Shown here one piece after another: positions 27,246 through 36,702 of a stretch of 64,000 bases of DNA. The stretch is from contig CAYYQY010000001.1 in NCBI GenBank assembly GCA_964473905.1, forward strand, positions 2,963 to 66,962, written 5' to 3'. The notes beneath the pieces are model-generated. The model ran no database searches, was not told the origin of the DNA, and saw only the letters and a program-made list of their open reading frames with translations. The translations under genes and the position numbers were made by a program. The DNA comes from an uncultured Dehalococcoidales bacterium (lineage in GTDB: Bacteria; Chloroflexota; Dehalococcoidia; Dehalococcoidales; CAYYQY01). How positions within the stretch are numbered: position 1 is the first letter of the stretch; each line of letters opens with the position of its first letter.

Positions 27246-27980
27246 ATGGACACTGAAAAGCTGGCTCACCGGCTGACCTCGTGGATAAAAGAACAGGTGG
27301 CGGCTGCCCGCTGCCAGGGCATAGTGCTGGGTATAAGCGGCGGGCTTGATTCCTCAGTCCTGGCTGTTTTATGTAAACGCGCTTTACCGGAAAACGTGCT
27401 GGGAATAATGATGCCCTGCTACAGTTCACCGGAAGACGAAGAGCATGCGCGCATCCTGGCCGAAAAGTTCTCTATCCCGACCCGCCTCGTCGTCCTTGAC
27501 AGTGTTTTTGATACTCTGCTGCAACTGGCGTCTGCTGCGGACAGTAACCCCGAGACTCATCTCCTGGCTGAAGCAAATCTCAAGGTAAGACTCAGAATGG
27601 TTACCCTCTACTATTTCGCCAACCGGTTGCAATATATGGTCGCCGGTTCCAGTAACCGGAGCGAGCTTACCATCGGCTACTTCACCAAGTATGGAGATGG
27701 CGGGGTGGATATCATGCCGCTGGGCAACCTGGTTAAAGAGCAGGTTATCAAGCTCGCCCGTTTTCTGGATATTCCGGAGGAAATTATTGTTAAACCACCT
27801 TCAGCCGGCCTGTGGCCGGGGCAAACTGACGAGAATGAGATGGGCATCAGCTATAAAGAGCTGGATGACTATATAGTTAGCGGCGAGGCCAGCCCCGAAG
27901 TCAGAGAGACGATTGAGACGATGATATCTGGCGCCCGGCACAAGCGCCGTTTGCCCCTGATAGCCATGCCTCAAGATTGA
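27246..27980 (+). CDS. nadE: NH3-dependent NAD+ synthetase
   Basis: SGGLDSS PP-loop, YFTKYGDGG and a KRR.P tail. Start moved to ATG 27246 within ORF 27186-27980. Confidence 0.9.
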   Translation: MDTEKLAHRLTSWIKEQVAAARCQGIVLGISGGLDSSVLAVLCKRALPENVLGIMMPCYSSPEDEEHARILAEKFSIPTRLVVLDSVFDTLLQLASAADSNPETHLLAEANLKVRLRMVTLYYFANRLQYMVAGSSNRSELTIGYFTKYGDGGVDIMPLGNLVKEQVIKLARFLDIPEEIIVKPPSAGLWPGQTDENEMGISYKELDDYIVSGEASPEVRETIETMISGARHKRRLPLIAMPQD

Positions 27981-28019
27981 CCCGCTTTTCAGCTATATTT
28001 TTTAGACGACAATGACCGT

Positions 28020-28048
28020 TTGCCCCGGTAGTTCGTTTGTGCTATGAT
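28020..28048 (+). promoter_or_regulatory. candidate recA promoter TTGCCC N17 (TGc)TATGAT
   Basis: -35-like and extended -10 hexamers read directly. The -10 ends 15 nt before the recA ATG at 28064, implying a very short leader. Confidence 0.45.
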
Positions 28049-28063
28049 GATTTTGAGACGAAT

Positions 28064-29071
28064 ATGGTTACGGAGAAAGAGAAAGCGCTGGAGCTAGCCA
28101 TTGACCAAATTGAAAGGCGGTTTGGTAAAGGCTCGGTGATGAAGCTGGGGGAAGCCGTATCTGTACCGCGAGTTGAAGGTATTCCCAGTGGATCACTAGC
28201 ATTAGACTTGGCTCTGGGTATAGGTGGTATTCCAAGAGGCCGGGTTACCGAGATATTCGGCCCGGAGTCATCGGGAAAGACTACCTTGGGGCAACATATA
28301 ATTGCCGAGGCACAGAAGCTGGGAGGAGTAGCTGCCTACATTGACGTGGAGCATGCTCTGGACCCCCCCTATGCCGGTAAATGCGGTGTTAACGTGGGTG
28401 ATTTACTTATCTCACAACCGGACACCGGAGAGCAAGCCCTGGAGATTACCGAGGCACTGGTCAGGAGTGGCGCTATCGATGTGATTGTAGTTGATAGTGT
28501 AGCTGCCCTGGTTCCCCGGGCTGAAATTGAAGGGGAAATGGGAGATGCCCACGTAGGACTGCAGGCCCGCCTCATGTCACAGGCATTGAGAAAGCTTACG
28601 GCTGCCATCGGCAAGTCAGGGACCGCGGTAATATTTATCAATCAACTTAGAGAGAAGGTTGGCATTATTTTTGGAAATCCCGAAGTAACACCGGGCGGTA
28701 GGGCTTTAAAATTCTACAGCTCAGTGCGAATTGATCTAAGACGAGTGGATGCTATTAAAGACGGTAACCAGGTAGTCGGTAGCCATGTCAGAGCCAAGGT
28801 AGTTAAAAATAAGGTAGCTCCGCCTTTCCGCAATGCAGAGTTTGATATCATGTTTGACCGGGGTATAAGCAGAGAAGGTAACCTGCTTGACCTCGGTATA
28901 GAGCTAGGATTTATAAAAAAGGCCGGCGCTTTTTTCTCTCGTGGTGATATTCGTCTGGGACAGGGCAGGGAGAACGCTAAGAAATATCTTAGCGAGAATC
29001 CCGAGCTTGCCCAGGAGATTGAGCGGGAGATTAGAGCTCCTCAGCCGTCACCGCCCGTAATCTCAACATAG
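28064..29071 (+). CDS. recA: recombinase RecA
   Basis: [24 protein letters not shown], Walker [10 protein letters not shown], and the L1/L2 region [28 protein letters not shown]. Confidence 0.97.
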   Translation: MVTEKEKALELAIDQIERRFGKGSVMKLGEAVSVPRVEGIPSGSLALDLALGIGGIPRGRVTEIFGPESSGKTTLGQHIIAEAQKLGGVAAYIDVEHALDPPYAGKCGVNVGDLLISQPDTGEQALEITEALVRSGAIDVIVVDSVAALVPRAEIEGEMGDAHVGLQARLMSQALRKLTAAIGKSGTAVIFINQLREKVGIIFGNPEVTPGGRALKFYSSVRIDLRRVDAIKDGNQVVGSHVRAKVVKNKVAPPFRNAEFDIMFDRGISREGNLLDLGIELGFIKKAGAFFSRGDIRLGQGRENAKKYLSENPELAQEIEREIRAPQPSPPVIST

Positions 29072-29121
29072 ATGATTGACAGCTTATATAGCTGACAACA
29101 TTAATAAAATAAACAGGGGTT

Positions 29122-29157
29122 TAGAAGGCTGAGGCATGTGTCTCAGCCTTCTATTTT
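29122..29157 (+). terminator. intrinsic terminator/attenuator between recA and recX
   Basis: Perfect 12-bp stem TAGAAGGCTGAG / CTCAGCCTTCTA with an 8-nt loop, followed by TTTT. Confidence 0.75.
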
Positions 29158-29170
29158 AAATGGGGGAGCC

Positions 29171-29803
29171 GTGGTTCAGATTACCGATATCCGTGCTGCA
29201 AAGAGCCGGCAGCGGGTGAATATACACCTTGACGGTAAGCCGGCGTTCAGTCTGGAAGCGGAAGTGGCAGTAAAAGAGGGGCTGCAGGTTGGGCAAGAGC
29301 TCTCTGATAGCCAGATTGAAACGCTGGCCACGTCTGACCGCTACCAGCGCTGCTATAGTGCGGCAGTAAGCAGCATAAGGCTCCGCCCACGAAGCAAGTT
29401 TGAGATAAGGGAACGGCTGAAACGCCGCGGCTTTGACATTAAATGTATCGAGGCGGTAATAAACAGGCTGGAAGAAACAAATCTGGTAGACGATGCAGCC
29501 TTTGCCCAGTTCTGGAAAGAAAACCGGGAATCATTCAGTCCACGCAGCGCGGGGCTGACTAAATTAGAACTAAGACGAAAGGGGGTAAATACTGACATAA
29601 TAGACCAGATAGCTGGTGATATTGACGATACCGAGAGCGCTTATCAAGCAGCCTCCGCTAAAGCACGTAGTTTACCGCTATCTGACTATGAGATGTTCCG
29701 TCGCCGTCTTAGCGGGTACCTCAAACGACGCGGCTTCGGTTATGAGACGATAAAAAATACGGTAACCCGAATCTGGCAGGAACAGGGAAGTAACTCTAGG
29801 TAG
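29171..29803 (+). CDS. recX: recombination regulator RecX
   Basis: Three-repeat helical RecX pattern (ITDIRAAKSRQRVNIHLDG..F, VDDAAFAQFW, KGV....I). The longest ORF starts at GTG 29138, inside the terminator loop. GTG 29171 after GGGGGAG is preferred. Confidence 0.8.
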   Translation: MVQITDIRAAKSRQRVNIHLDGKPAFSLEAEVAVKEGLQVGQELSDSQIETLATSDRYQRCYSAAVSSIRLRPRSKFEIRERLKRRGFDIKCIEAVINRLEETNLVDDAAFAQFWKENRESFSPRSAGLTKLELRRKGVNTDIIDQIAGDIDDTESAYQAASAKARSLPLSDYEMFRRRLSGYLKRRGFGYETIKNTVTRIWQEQGSNSR

Positions 29804-29897
29804 CAATTAAACATGACATTAAATAACAAATTAAATTTATTAGCTATCTGTGGTCTACCCCAAATAAAACTAACAAGACACGAACGAGGGGGGAAAA

Positions 29898-31436
29898 ATG
29901 ATAGTAGTAGATATATTAACCATATTTTTCAGCTTCATCATAGGCGCGATATTCGGAGGCATGGGCACTTTCCTTTTCCGGCGAATAACCTTCGACCGGC
30001 AAATGCGTATTGCCGAGCGTAAGGCATCCCGGATAGGGGCCGAAGCCGGCATTGAAGCCAAGAAGCTGGTCAATGATGCAAAACAAGAGGCAGATAAAAC
30101 AAAGGCACAATCCGATAACGAGTACCGCGAACGGCGTAATGAATTACAGCGCGAGGATCAACGTCTGGCTCAAAAATCGGAGACACTGGAACGAAAACTG
30201 GATGGGATAGACAATCGCGAGCGCACTCTGGCAAATAAGGACAGGGAGGCTGAATCCATTCGTACTCAACTCGTTGAACTCAGAGACAGGCAGGTAAAGC
30301 AGCTGGAGCTGGTCTCGGGTATGTCCACCGAGGAAGCCAAACAGCGACTGGTTGACGCCATGCAAATAGAGATGCAGCAGGAAGCGAACCGCCGCCTCCA
30401 TGAGTGGGAAATCAAGCTAAAAGAAGAAAGCGCTAAAAAAGCACAGAGTATTCTCTCGCAGGCTATCCAGCGCTCTGCGGCTGAAGTGGTCTCCGAAACC
30501 ACCGTATCCGTGGTACCATTACCCAACGATGAGATGAAAGGCAGGCTAATCGGGCGAGAAGGCCGGAACATCAGGGCTCTGGAGCAGGCAACAGGGGTTG
30601 ACCTGATTATTGACGACACTCCGGAGACAGTTACCCTGTCCAGCTTTGACGCGGTACGGCGAGAAATAGCCCGTCTGGCATTAAGCAAGCTCATACTGGA
30701 CGGCCGTATCCATCCGGCCCGTATCGAAGAGGTAGTAAACAAGACCAAAGAGGAAGTAGAAGCGGCCATACAGAGTACCGGCGAACAGACAGCTTTCCAG
30801 GTAGGGGTACAGGGCCTGCGACCGGAGCTGATAAGGCTACTTGGCCGCTTAAAATACCGCACCAGCTACGGGCAGAACGTTTTAGGCCATAGCATTGAGG
30901 TAGCACACCTGTCCGCCATGATAGCCGCGGAGCTGGGTGCCGACGTCGCCATAGCCAAGAAGGCCGGGCTGCTCCATGACATTGGTAAAGCGGTAGACCG
31001 CGAGGTGGAGGGCAGCCACGCCGCCATCGGAGCCGACCTGGTCAAGCAATGGGAAAGATCTCCCGAAGTAGTCCAGGGTATTGCCGAGCACCATGGCGAA
31101 ACGGAAAATATGAGCACCTGGGGCTTTATCGTCTCGGCGGCCGATGCCATCAGCGGCGCCAGACCGGGTGCCAGACGTGAATCTCTGGAAAATTACATTA
31201 AGAGACTGAAAGCACTGGAGGACATAGCCAACGGCTTTAAAGGGGTGGAAAAGTCCTATGCTATCCAAGCCGGACGTGAAATACGTATTCTCGTCAAGCC
31301 GGAAGAAATCGATGATCTGGGAGCCATGAGGCTCGCTCGGGACATTGTCAAGAAGATAGAAGAGGGGATGGAATACCCGGGACAAATCAAGGTAACCGTA
31401 CTCCGGGAAACCAGGGCTGTAGACTATGCTAAATAG
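29898..31436 (+). CDS. rny: ribonuclease Y
   Basis: N-terminal TM helix, a long coiled-coil, a KH domain ([15 protein letters not shown]) and an HD domain (HSIEVAHL...LLHDIGK). Confidence 0.95.
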   Translation: MIVVDILTIFFSFIIGAIFGGMGTFLFRRITFDRQMRIAERKASRIGAEAGIEAKKLVNDAKQEADKTKAQSDNEYRERRNELQREDQRLAQKSETLERKLDGIDNRERTLANKDREAESIRTQLVELRDRQVKQLELVSGMSTEEAKQRLVDAMQIEMQQEANRRLHEWEIKLKEESAKKAQSILSQAIQRSAAEVVSETTVSVVPLPNDEMKGRLIGREGRNIRALEQATGVDLIIDDTPETVTLSSFDAVRREIARLALSKLILDGRIHPARIEEVVNKTKEEVEAAIQSTGEQTAFQVGVQGLRPELIRLLGRLKYRTSYGQNVLGHSIEVAHLSAMIAAELGADVAIAKKAGLLHDIGKAVDREVEGSHAAIGADLVKQWERSPEVVQGIAEHHGETENMSTWGFIVSAADAISGARPGARRESLENYIKRLKALEDIANGFKGVEKSYAIQAGREIRILVKPEEIDDLGAMRLARDIVKKIEEGMEYPGQIKVTVLRETRAVDYAK

Positions 31437-31445
31437 GAGAAGACC

Positions 31446-32213
31446 GTGTTAATACTGGCTCTCGGCGATATAATCGGCCGGCCGGGCAGGCAGGCAGTCC
31501 AGCAGCTTCTGCCTGCCCTGCGTGAGGAAAATGAGGTGGACCTGGTTGTTGCCAATGGTGAGAATGTGGCCGGGGGGTTCGGTTTAACCCCCGCTACCGC
31601 CAGAGAACTGCTGGACGCGGGTGTAGATATCCTTACCTCAGGTAATCATATTTGGGCACAGAAGGAGATTATCCCCTACCTGAACGGCGAGATGCCGGTG
31701 CTGCGTCCCTTAAATTACCCGCCGGAAGTTCCCGGCAAAGGCTATATAGCGGACAGCAAGGTTATGGTGGTCAATTTGATAGGCCGCACTTTTATTGGCG
31801 AGTTCGATTGCCCGTTCCGGGCCATGGATACGCTGCTCGCCAGCTTTGAAAACAGACCACCCATTATCATAGTCGACTTTCATGCTGAGGCAACATCCGA
31901 AAAGATGGCGCTCGGCCGCTATCTGGACGGCCGGGTAAGCGCTGTTCTTGGCACGCACACCCACGTGGGCACTATTGATGCCCAGATATTTAAAAATGGT
32001 ACTGCTTATGTTACCGATATCGGCATGACGGGACCTATAGACTCCATTATCGGTGATGAGACCGAGTCTGTACTGCGCCGCTTTCTATCCAAAATGCCAA
32101 GCCGTTTAACAGTAGCCAAGGGCAGGACCATGCTTAATGCTATCCTGGTCAAAGTCGATGATTATAGCGGGCGGGCGTTGGATATCAACCGAATTTATCA
32201 GGAAGTTGATTAG
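31446..32213 (+). CDS. TIGR00282/YmdB-family metallophosphoesterase
   Basis: GTG start. Motifs LGDIIGRPGR, VVANGENVAGGFG, TSGNHIW and DFHAEATSEK. Conserved position after rny. Confidence 0.9.
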   Translation: MLILALGDIIGRPGRQAVQQLLPALREENEVDLVVANGENVAGGFGLTPATARELLDAGVDILTSGNHIWAQKEIIPYLNGEMPVLRPLNYPPEVPGKGYIADSKVMVVNLIGRTFIGEFDCPFRAMDTLLASFENRPPIIIVDFHAEATSEKMALGRYLDGRVSAVLGTHTHVGTIDAQIFKNGTAYVTDIGMTGPIDSIIGDETESVLRRFLSKMPSRLTVAKGRTMLNAILVKVDDYSGRALDINRIYQEVD

Positions 32214-33064
32214 TGACTCAGGTAGACCTGCATATACACAGCACCGCCTCTGACGGCAAACTCAGCCCGGCTGAAGTTGTCAGGCGGGCTGTGGAGCTGG
32301 GGCTATCGGTTATAGCTATAACCGACCATGATACCGTGGACGGCATTGCCACTGCCCTGGAAACGGCCGCAGCCTTCCCTGGACTTACCGTCATACCCGG
32401 TGTTGAAATCAGTACGGACGTCCCCAGCGGCGAGGTACACATTCTGGGCTACTACATAGAATATACCGACCCTTACTTAAAGTCCCATCTGGACAGGTTT
32501 CGTAACTCCCGGGCCACGCGTGCCGAGAAGATGGTAGCTAAGTTGAATAGCCTGGGAATACACGTCGAGTGGGCGCGGGTAAAGGAAATAGCCGGTAGCG
32601 GTGCTATCGGGCGTCCGCATGTGGCTCAAGCTATGCTGGAAAAGGGATATATATCATCACTTAAAGAGGCTTTTTCGAGCTATATAGGGCGCTGGGGGCC
32701 AGCCTACGTGGAGCGGGATAAGATGACCCCTCAGGAGGCGGTAGCTTTAATATTACGAGCGGGGGGGCTGCCGGTAATGGCACACCCCTTCACCGTCACT
32801 AAACCGGAGAGCCTGATAATTGAGCTTGCGAAAAAAGGGCTTGTCGGCCTGGAAACATACTACAAGGACTACACCGGTGATGAAGTCGGCCAGCTGCTCT
32901 CCCTGGCAAACAAATACTCCCTCATTCCCACCGGCGGCAGCGACTTTCACGGTTTGGACGATAGTGATGAAACGGACATGGGAGCTGCCAACGTACCTGT
33001 TGAATCCGCCCGGCAACTGATGACACTGGCCAACAGGCATATACCAGAGGACACGGCACCTTAA
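32213..33064 (+). CDS. PHP-domain phosphoesterase
   Basis: VDLHIHSTASDG, ITDHDT and AHP motifs. The start overlaps the upstream stop. Confidence 0.85.
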   Translation: MTQVDLHIHSTASDGKLSPAEVVRRAVELGLSVIAITDHDTVDGIATALETAAAFPGLTVIPGVEISTDVPSGEVHILGYYIEYTDPYLKSHLDRFRNSRATRAEKMVAKLNSLGIHVEWARVKEIAGSGAIGRPHVAQAMLEKGYISSLKEAFSSYIGRWGPAYVERDKMTPQEAVALILRAGGLPVMAHPFTVTKPESLIIELAKKGLVGLETYYKDYTGDEVGQLLSLANKYSLIPTGGSDFHGLDDSDETDMGAANVPVESARQLMTLANRHIPEDTAP

Positions 33065-33074
33065 AGGAGAGATA

Positions 33075-33752
33075 ATGGTTACAGAGCTGGTATTGCTGAT
33101 AATAGGCGGCTATCTCCTGGGCTCGTTACCCGCCGACTATCTCGCCGCCAGGTGGGCACGCGGGATAGACCTGCGGCAGTACGGTAGCGGTAGCGTAGGC
33201 ATCACCAATCTGGGCCGGGCGACTTCCAGACGCATAGCTATGGCTGTCGGCATTTTTGACCTGGTCAAGCCGATGATAGTGGTGTGGCTGGCCAAACTGA
33301 CCGGGCTTGATATTGCCGGGCAACTGATAGCCGGCTTAATGGTAGTTATCGGCCACAACTGGTCTATTTTCCTCCGTTTCCAAGGCGGCCGGGGCATAAT
33401 AGCCACTATTGGCCTGATATTTATCCTGCCGCTGCTACACGGCATGGTACCCTGGGAGCTGATTATTGGCCTGACGATTACGGCTATCTTCGCTTTTACC
33501 GTGCGCAACCTACCGCTTGGTGTTCTGTTTGCCATGGGCTCGCTGCCTCTGGTTAGCTGGCTGGTGGGTAAACCACTTGTATTCACCCTGGGGTTTTTGG
33601 CATTATTTATCATAATGATAATCAGGAGACTGGCACTGCCCCGTTCTGCCATGGCCGCCTCGCTGAGTACGAGGGAAATACTGGTTAACCGGTTCCTTTT
33701 TGACCGTGATATTAGGGATAGAGAAACATGGCTAAATCGCACGAGCGAGTAA
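33075..33752 (+). CDS. plsY: glycerol-3-phosphate acyltransferase PlsY
   Basis: Polytopic protein with GS.GITN, HNWSIFL.FQGGRG motifs. Confidence 0.85.
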   Translation: MVTELVLLIIGGYLLGSLPADYLAARWARGIDLRQYGSGSVGITNLGRATSRRIAMAVGIFDLVKPMIVVWLAKLTGLDIAGQLIAGLMVVIGHNWSIFLRFQGGRGIIATIGLIFILPLLHGMVPWELIIGLTITAIFAFTVRNLPLGVLFAMGSLPLVSWLVGKPLVFTLGFLALFIIMIIRRLALPRSAMAASLSTREILVNRFLFDRDIRDRETWLNRTSE

Positions 33753-33795
33753 ACAGACCTGTACCGAACTCCGTAGAAAGGTTGGGCCTGACATT

Positions 33796-34281
33796 ATGAA
33801 ATGTGCCGCGCACCCCGATGTTGAAACCAACCTGAGGTGCGGCAAGTGCGGCAAGCCGATATGCCCTAAATGCCTGGTGCAGACCCCGGTCGGCGCCAGG
33901 TGCCGGGACTGCGCCCGCCTCTATAAGCTGCCTACCTACCGGGTCTCCAGCGGCTATTACCTGAGAGCTATTGGCGCCGGTACAGGTACGACCATTGTTC
34001 TTGGCTTCGTCTGGGGGCTGATAGCCGGCTTTCTGCCCTTTATCTATCTCAATTTACTCCTGGCGGCGGGTGTGGGCTATGTTACCGGGGAGATTATCAG
34101 CCGTTCTGTAAACCGCAAGCGGGGCACCGGACTCGCTGTTATCGCCGGTATAACCGTTGTCTCCTGCTATCTGGTAGCTGTCCTGGCCGGTATACTCCTG
34201 CCGTGGGGGCTTCGTTTCGGGCTTTTTGACCTCCTGTCTATAGCGGTCGGTGTCTTTATGGCTGTTAACCGCCTGCGCTAG
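33796..34281 (+). CDS. B-box-type zinc-finger membrane protein
   Basis: N-terminal CAAHP....RCGKCGKPICPKC......RCRDC, followed by four hydrophobic helices. Confidence 0.65.
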   Translation: MKCAAHPDVETNLRCGKCGKPICPKCLVQTPVGARCRDCARLYKLPTYRVSSGYYLRAIGAGTGTTIVLGFVWGLIAGFLPFIYLNLLLAAGVGYVTGEIISRSVNRKRGTGLAVIAGITVVSCYLVAVLAGILLPWGLRFGLFDLLSIAVGVFMAVNRLR

Positions 34282-34338
34282 AGTGACTAACCAGATTCAA
34301 TAGAGAGCATTACCGGAAGACCGCCTTACGCACCCCAA

Positions 34339-34370
34339 ATTTGACGATAAGAGTCAAATAGAGGTAAACT
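34339..34370 (+). promoter_or_regulatory. palindrome ATTTGAC N7 GTCAAAT overlapping a candidate promoter (TTGACG N18 TAAACT)
   Basis: Read directly. It lies 35-65 nt upstream of the thiolase GTG, which has an AAGGAGG SD. Confidence 0.35.
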
Positions 34371-34403
34371 TCCGTAGCTAGTAAACCGAAAAGGAGGAAT
34401 AAG

Positions 34404-35581
34404 GTGAGGAAAGTTGCTGTAGTAGGTATCGGCGAGACAAAGTTCAGCGGCCCTCAGGATAAGACAGAGGTAGAGCTGTTTGCCGAAGCAGCTATGGATG
34501 CCATCAATGGCTCAAATCTGAAGTCAAAGGATATCCAGGCGCTGTATGTAGGTAACGTGCTCGGAGATTTCTCCGAAGGGCAGGGTATGGTACAGAGCTT
34601 TGCCGCCGAGAATATCGGCGCGTTTAACGTGCCTGCTCACGATTTGAGGGCGCCTGTGCTTCGGCCACCATGGCGATAAGAGACGCCTTCATGTGGGTAG
34701 CTTCGGGTTTCTATGACATAGTACTGGCCGGCGGTGTGGAAAGGGCGGCCTCAATGGGGACACCCCTGGCTACACGGACCTTTGCCATGTTCAGTGACAG
34801 CCGCTACGAGTACCCCTCCGGTATTACCTTTCCGGCTGTTTTTGCCATGCTCACCCATCTATATGCCAAGCAGTACAACATACCGCTGGCAAAACTGAAG
34901 GAACAGATGGCTTTCACCTCGGTGCAGGCCTATAAGTACGGCTTGCTGAACCCCAAGGCGCATTTACATAAAGAGGTTACCGTGGACATGGTGCTGAAGG
35001 GCTTCACGGTATGCTCGCCACTTCAGCTCCACGACTGCTGCCCATTCTCCGACGGCGCAGCTACCATAGTCCTGGCGTCGGAGGAAGCAGCTAAAAAACT
35101 AACCGACAAGCCGGTCTTCATCACCGGTATCGGGCAGGCTTCTTCCGGCCCGCTATCCAATCAGAATGACTATCTGCCACGGCTGAGAGCCAGGGAGCTA
35201 TCGTCCCGGCAGGCTTATGATATGGCCGGTATAAAACCGGACGATGTGGATGTAGCCGAGATACACGATTGCTTCAGTATTGCCAACCTCATCGCCGCCG
35301 AAGGCCTCGGTTTCTTCGAGTACGGCAAGTCCGGCGAAGCCTGGGAAAAGGGCGAAGCTGATATCGGGGGCAAGGTGGCTATAAATATATCAGGCGGACT
35401 CAAGTCCAAAGGCCATCCCATCGGCGCTACCGGTGCCGGTCAAGTCTATGAAATAGTCAAGCAGCTCCGGGGCGAAGCCGATAGCGGCCGGCAGGCGCCG
35501 GACCCCAAAATCGGCTTGACTGACACGCTGGGTGGTGACGGGGGCACCCTGTGCACCCTGATTCTGGAGCGAGGCTGGTAA
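34404..35581 (+). pseudogene. thiolase-like protein (archaeal-type acetyl-CoA acetyltransferase / SCP-x-like) interrupted by a 1-nt frameshift
   Basis: ORFs 34404-34679 and 34670-35581 together make one thiolase. Frame 1 reads ...NVPAHDLRAP*, while the overlapping frame reads RFEGACASATMAIRDAF (catalytic-Cys motif). One base is missing near 34637-34640. Confidence 0.8.
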
Positions 35582-35612
35582 TACCGGGCAACCTAATCTG
35601 AGGAGGCTAAAA

Positions 35613-36023
35613 GTGGAGTATAAACTTACTTTCAAAGAATTCAACAACGCGCTGAAAAAAGATAAGCTGTTGGGACTAAAGTGTAGCCAGTGCAGTTCCA
35701 TTACGGTACCGCCGAAGATGGTCTGCCGGCAGTGTGCCAGCCCTGAGCTGGAAGTTGTGGAGATGATAGGTAAGGGCACCATCAAGACTTTTACCACGGT
35801 CAATGTGGCTGCCGAGGGACGTGAGGCCGAAGTGCCCTACACGATAGTGATGGTTGAGCTTGAAGAGGGGCCCTGGCTCATGGGTAACCTGATTGATATA
35901 GACCCAAGCAAAGCGACTATGGAGCTAATCGGCAGAAAAGTAGAGATGGGACACAAGGTATTTCCCGGCGACAAATATTCGGCGGGTGATATGGCGAGAC
36001 CTCTCTTTCACTTCGTCAGCTAG
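35613..36023 (+). CDS. Zn-ribbon OB-fold protein (DUF35 family), thiolase partner
   Basis: GTG start after GAGGAGG. CSQCSS....P....C..C rubredoxin-like knuckle, then an OB-fold region. Typical gene pairing with archaeal-type thiolases. Confidence 0.8.
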   Translation: MEYKLTFKEFNNALKKDKLLGLKCSQCSSITVPPKMVCRQCASPELEVVEMIGKGTIKTFTTVNVAAEGREAEVPYTIVMVELEEGPWLMGNLIDIDPSKATMELIGRKVEMGHKVFPGDKYSAGDMARPLFHFVS

Positions 36024-36078
36024 AGCTCTCCAATAAGACATACCGGTAACCAAGACGCCATCATCATCTGGTAAAAAA

Positions 36079-36114
36079 CCGCCCGACCCTCTTCTACGAG
36101 GGTCGGGCGGTTTT
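36079..36114. terminator. bidirectional intrinsic terminator
   Basis: 13-bp GC-rich stem CCGCCCGACCCTC / GAGGGTCGGGCGG flanked by AAAAAA and TTTT, between convergent genes. Confidence 0.85.
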
Positions 36115-36135
36115 ATTCTCGCCACGCTTAAAATT

Positions 36136-36702
36136 TTAGTAGTCTATGCCACGCCGGGCAAATATCCCTTTATCGTAGGGGTGCTTGATTTTTACCATCT
36201 CGGTGACCTGGTCGGCAACCTCAATAAGTTCAGGGACGGCATATCTGCCGGTCAGTATCAGCTCCACATTCCAGGGCTTACCCTTAATCAGCTCTACTAC
36301 CTCGCTTACGTCTACCAGCTTCCAGCCCACAGCTACGTTTATCTCATCCAGTATCACGATATCATAGCTACCGCTGTGAATAATTTCACGGGCTTTCCGG
36401 AGCGCTTGCCCGACTTCTTCTCTTTCGTGCGGTTTAATATCTGACGGATCAATGAAGTAGTCCTGACCGTAAGTGCTGAAGCTAACATTGGCCAGCTGTG
36501 AAAGCAGCTTCCGCTCACCGTAAGGGTAGCTACTGCCCTTCATAAAAAACATGATGTGGACCCGTAGCTCATGCCCCAGGGCACGCAGGACTGTCCCCAG
36601 TGCGGCTGACGTCTTGCCTTTACCCTCACCGGTAAAGATTTCTACCAGTCCCTGGCCGAACGGAGGCGGTGAAGAACTCTGATTATTATTACTATTTACC
36701 AT
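36136..36702 (-). CDS. cobO: cob(I)yrinic acid a,c-diamide adenosyltransferase (CobO/BtuR type)
   Basis: FTGEGKGKTSAALG P-loop, FMKG, ILDEI and the HPYDKG tail typical of CobA/CobO. Confidence 0.85.
   Translation of the reverse strand: MVNSNNNQSSSPPPFGQGLVEIFTGEGKGKTSAALGTVLRALGHELRVHIMFFMKGSSYPYGERKLLSQLANVSFSTYGQDYFIDPSDIKPHEREEVGQALRKAREIIHSGSYDIVILDEINVAVGWKLVDVSEVVELIKGKPWNVELILTGRYAVPELIEVADQVTEMVKIKHPYDKGIFARRGIDY

Noticed and set aside
33137-33742. Long antisense or out-of-frame ORFs inside well-supported genes. Examples: 33137-33742(-), 30266-30862(-), 22582-23241(-), 6701-7228(-), 5830-6297(-), 52436-52957(+), 60013-60567(+), 37067-37636(+), 49577-50095(-), 47865-48332(-), 12008-12409(+).
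   Set aside because: Each lies entirely within a gene with strong family motifs on the other strand or frame. They have low-complexity Arg/Ser/Pro-rich translations and no SD, so they are shadow ORFs.
34629-34672. Programmed ribosomal frameshift in the thiolase gene.
   Set aside because: There is no slippery heptamer, no stimulatory SD-like element or pseudoknot, and no precedent in this family. A mutation or sequencing error is more parsimonious.
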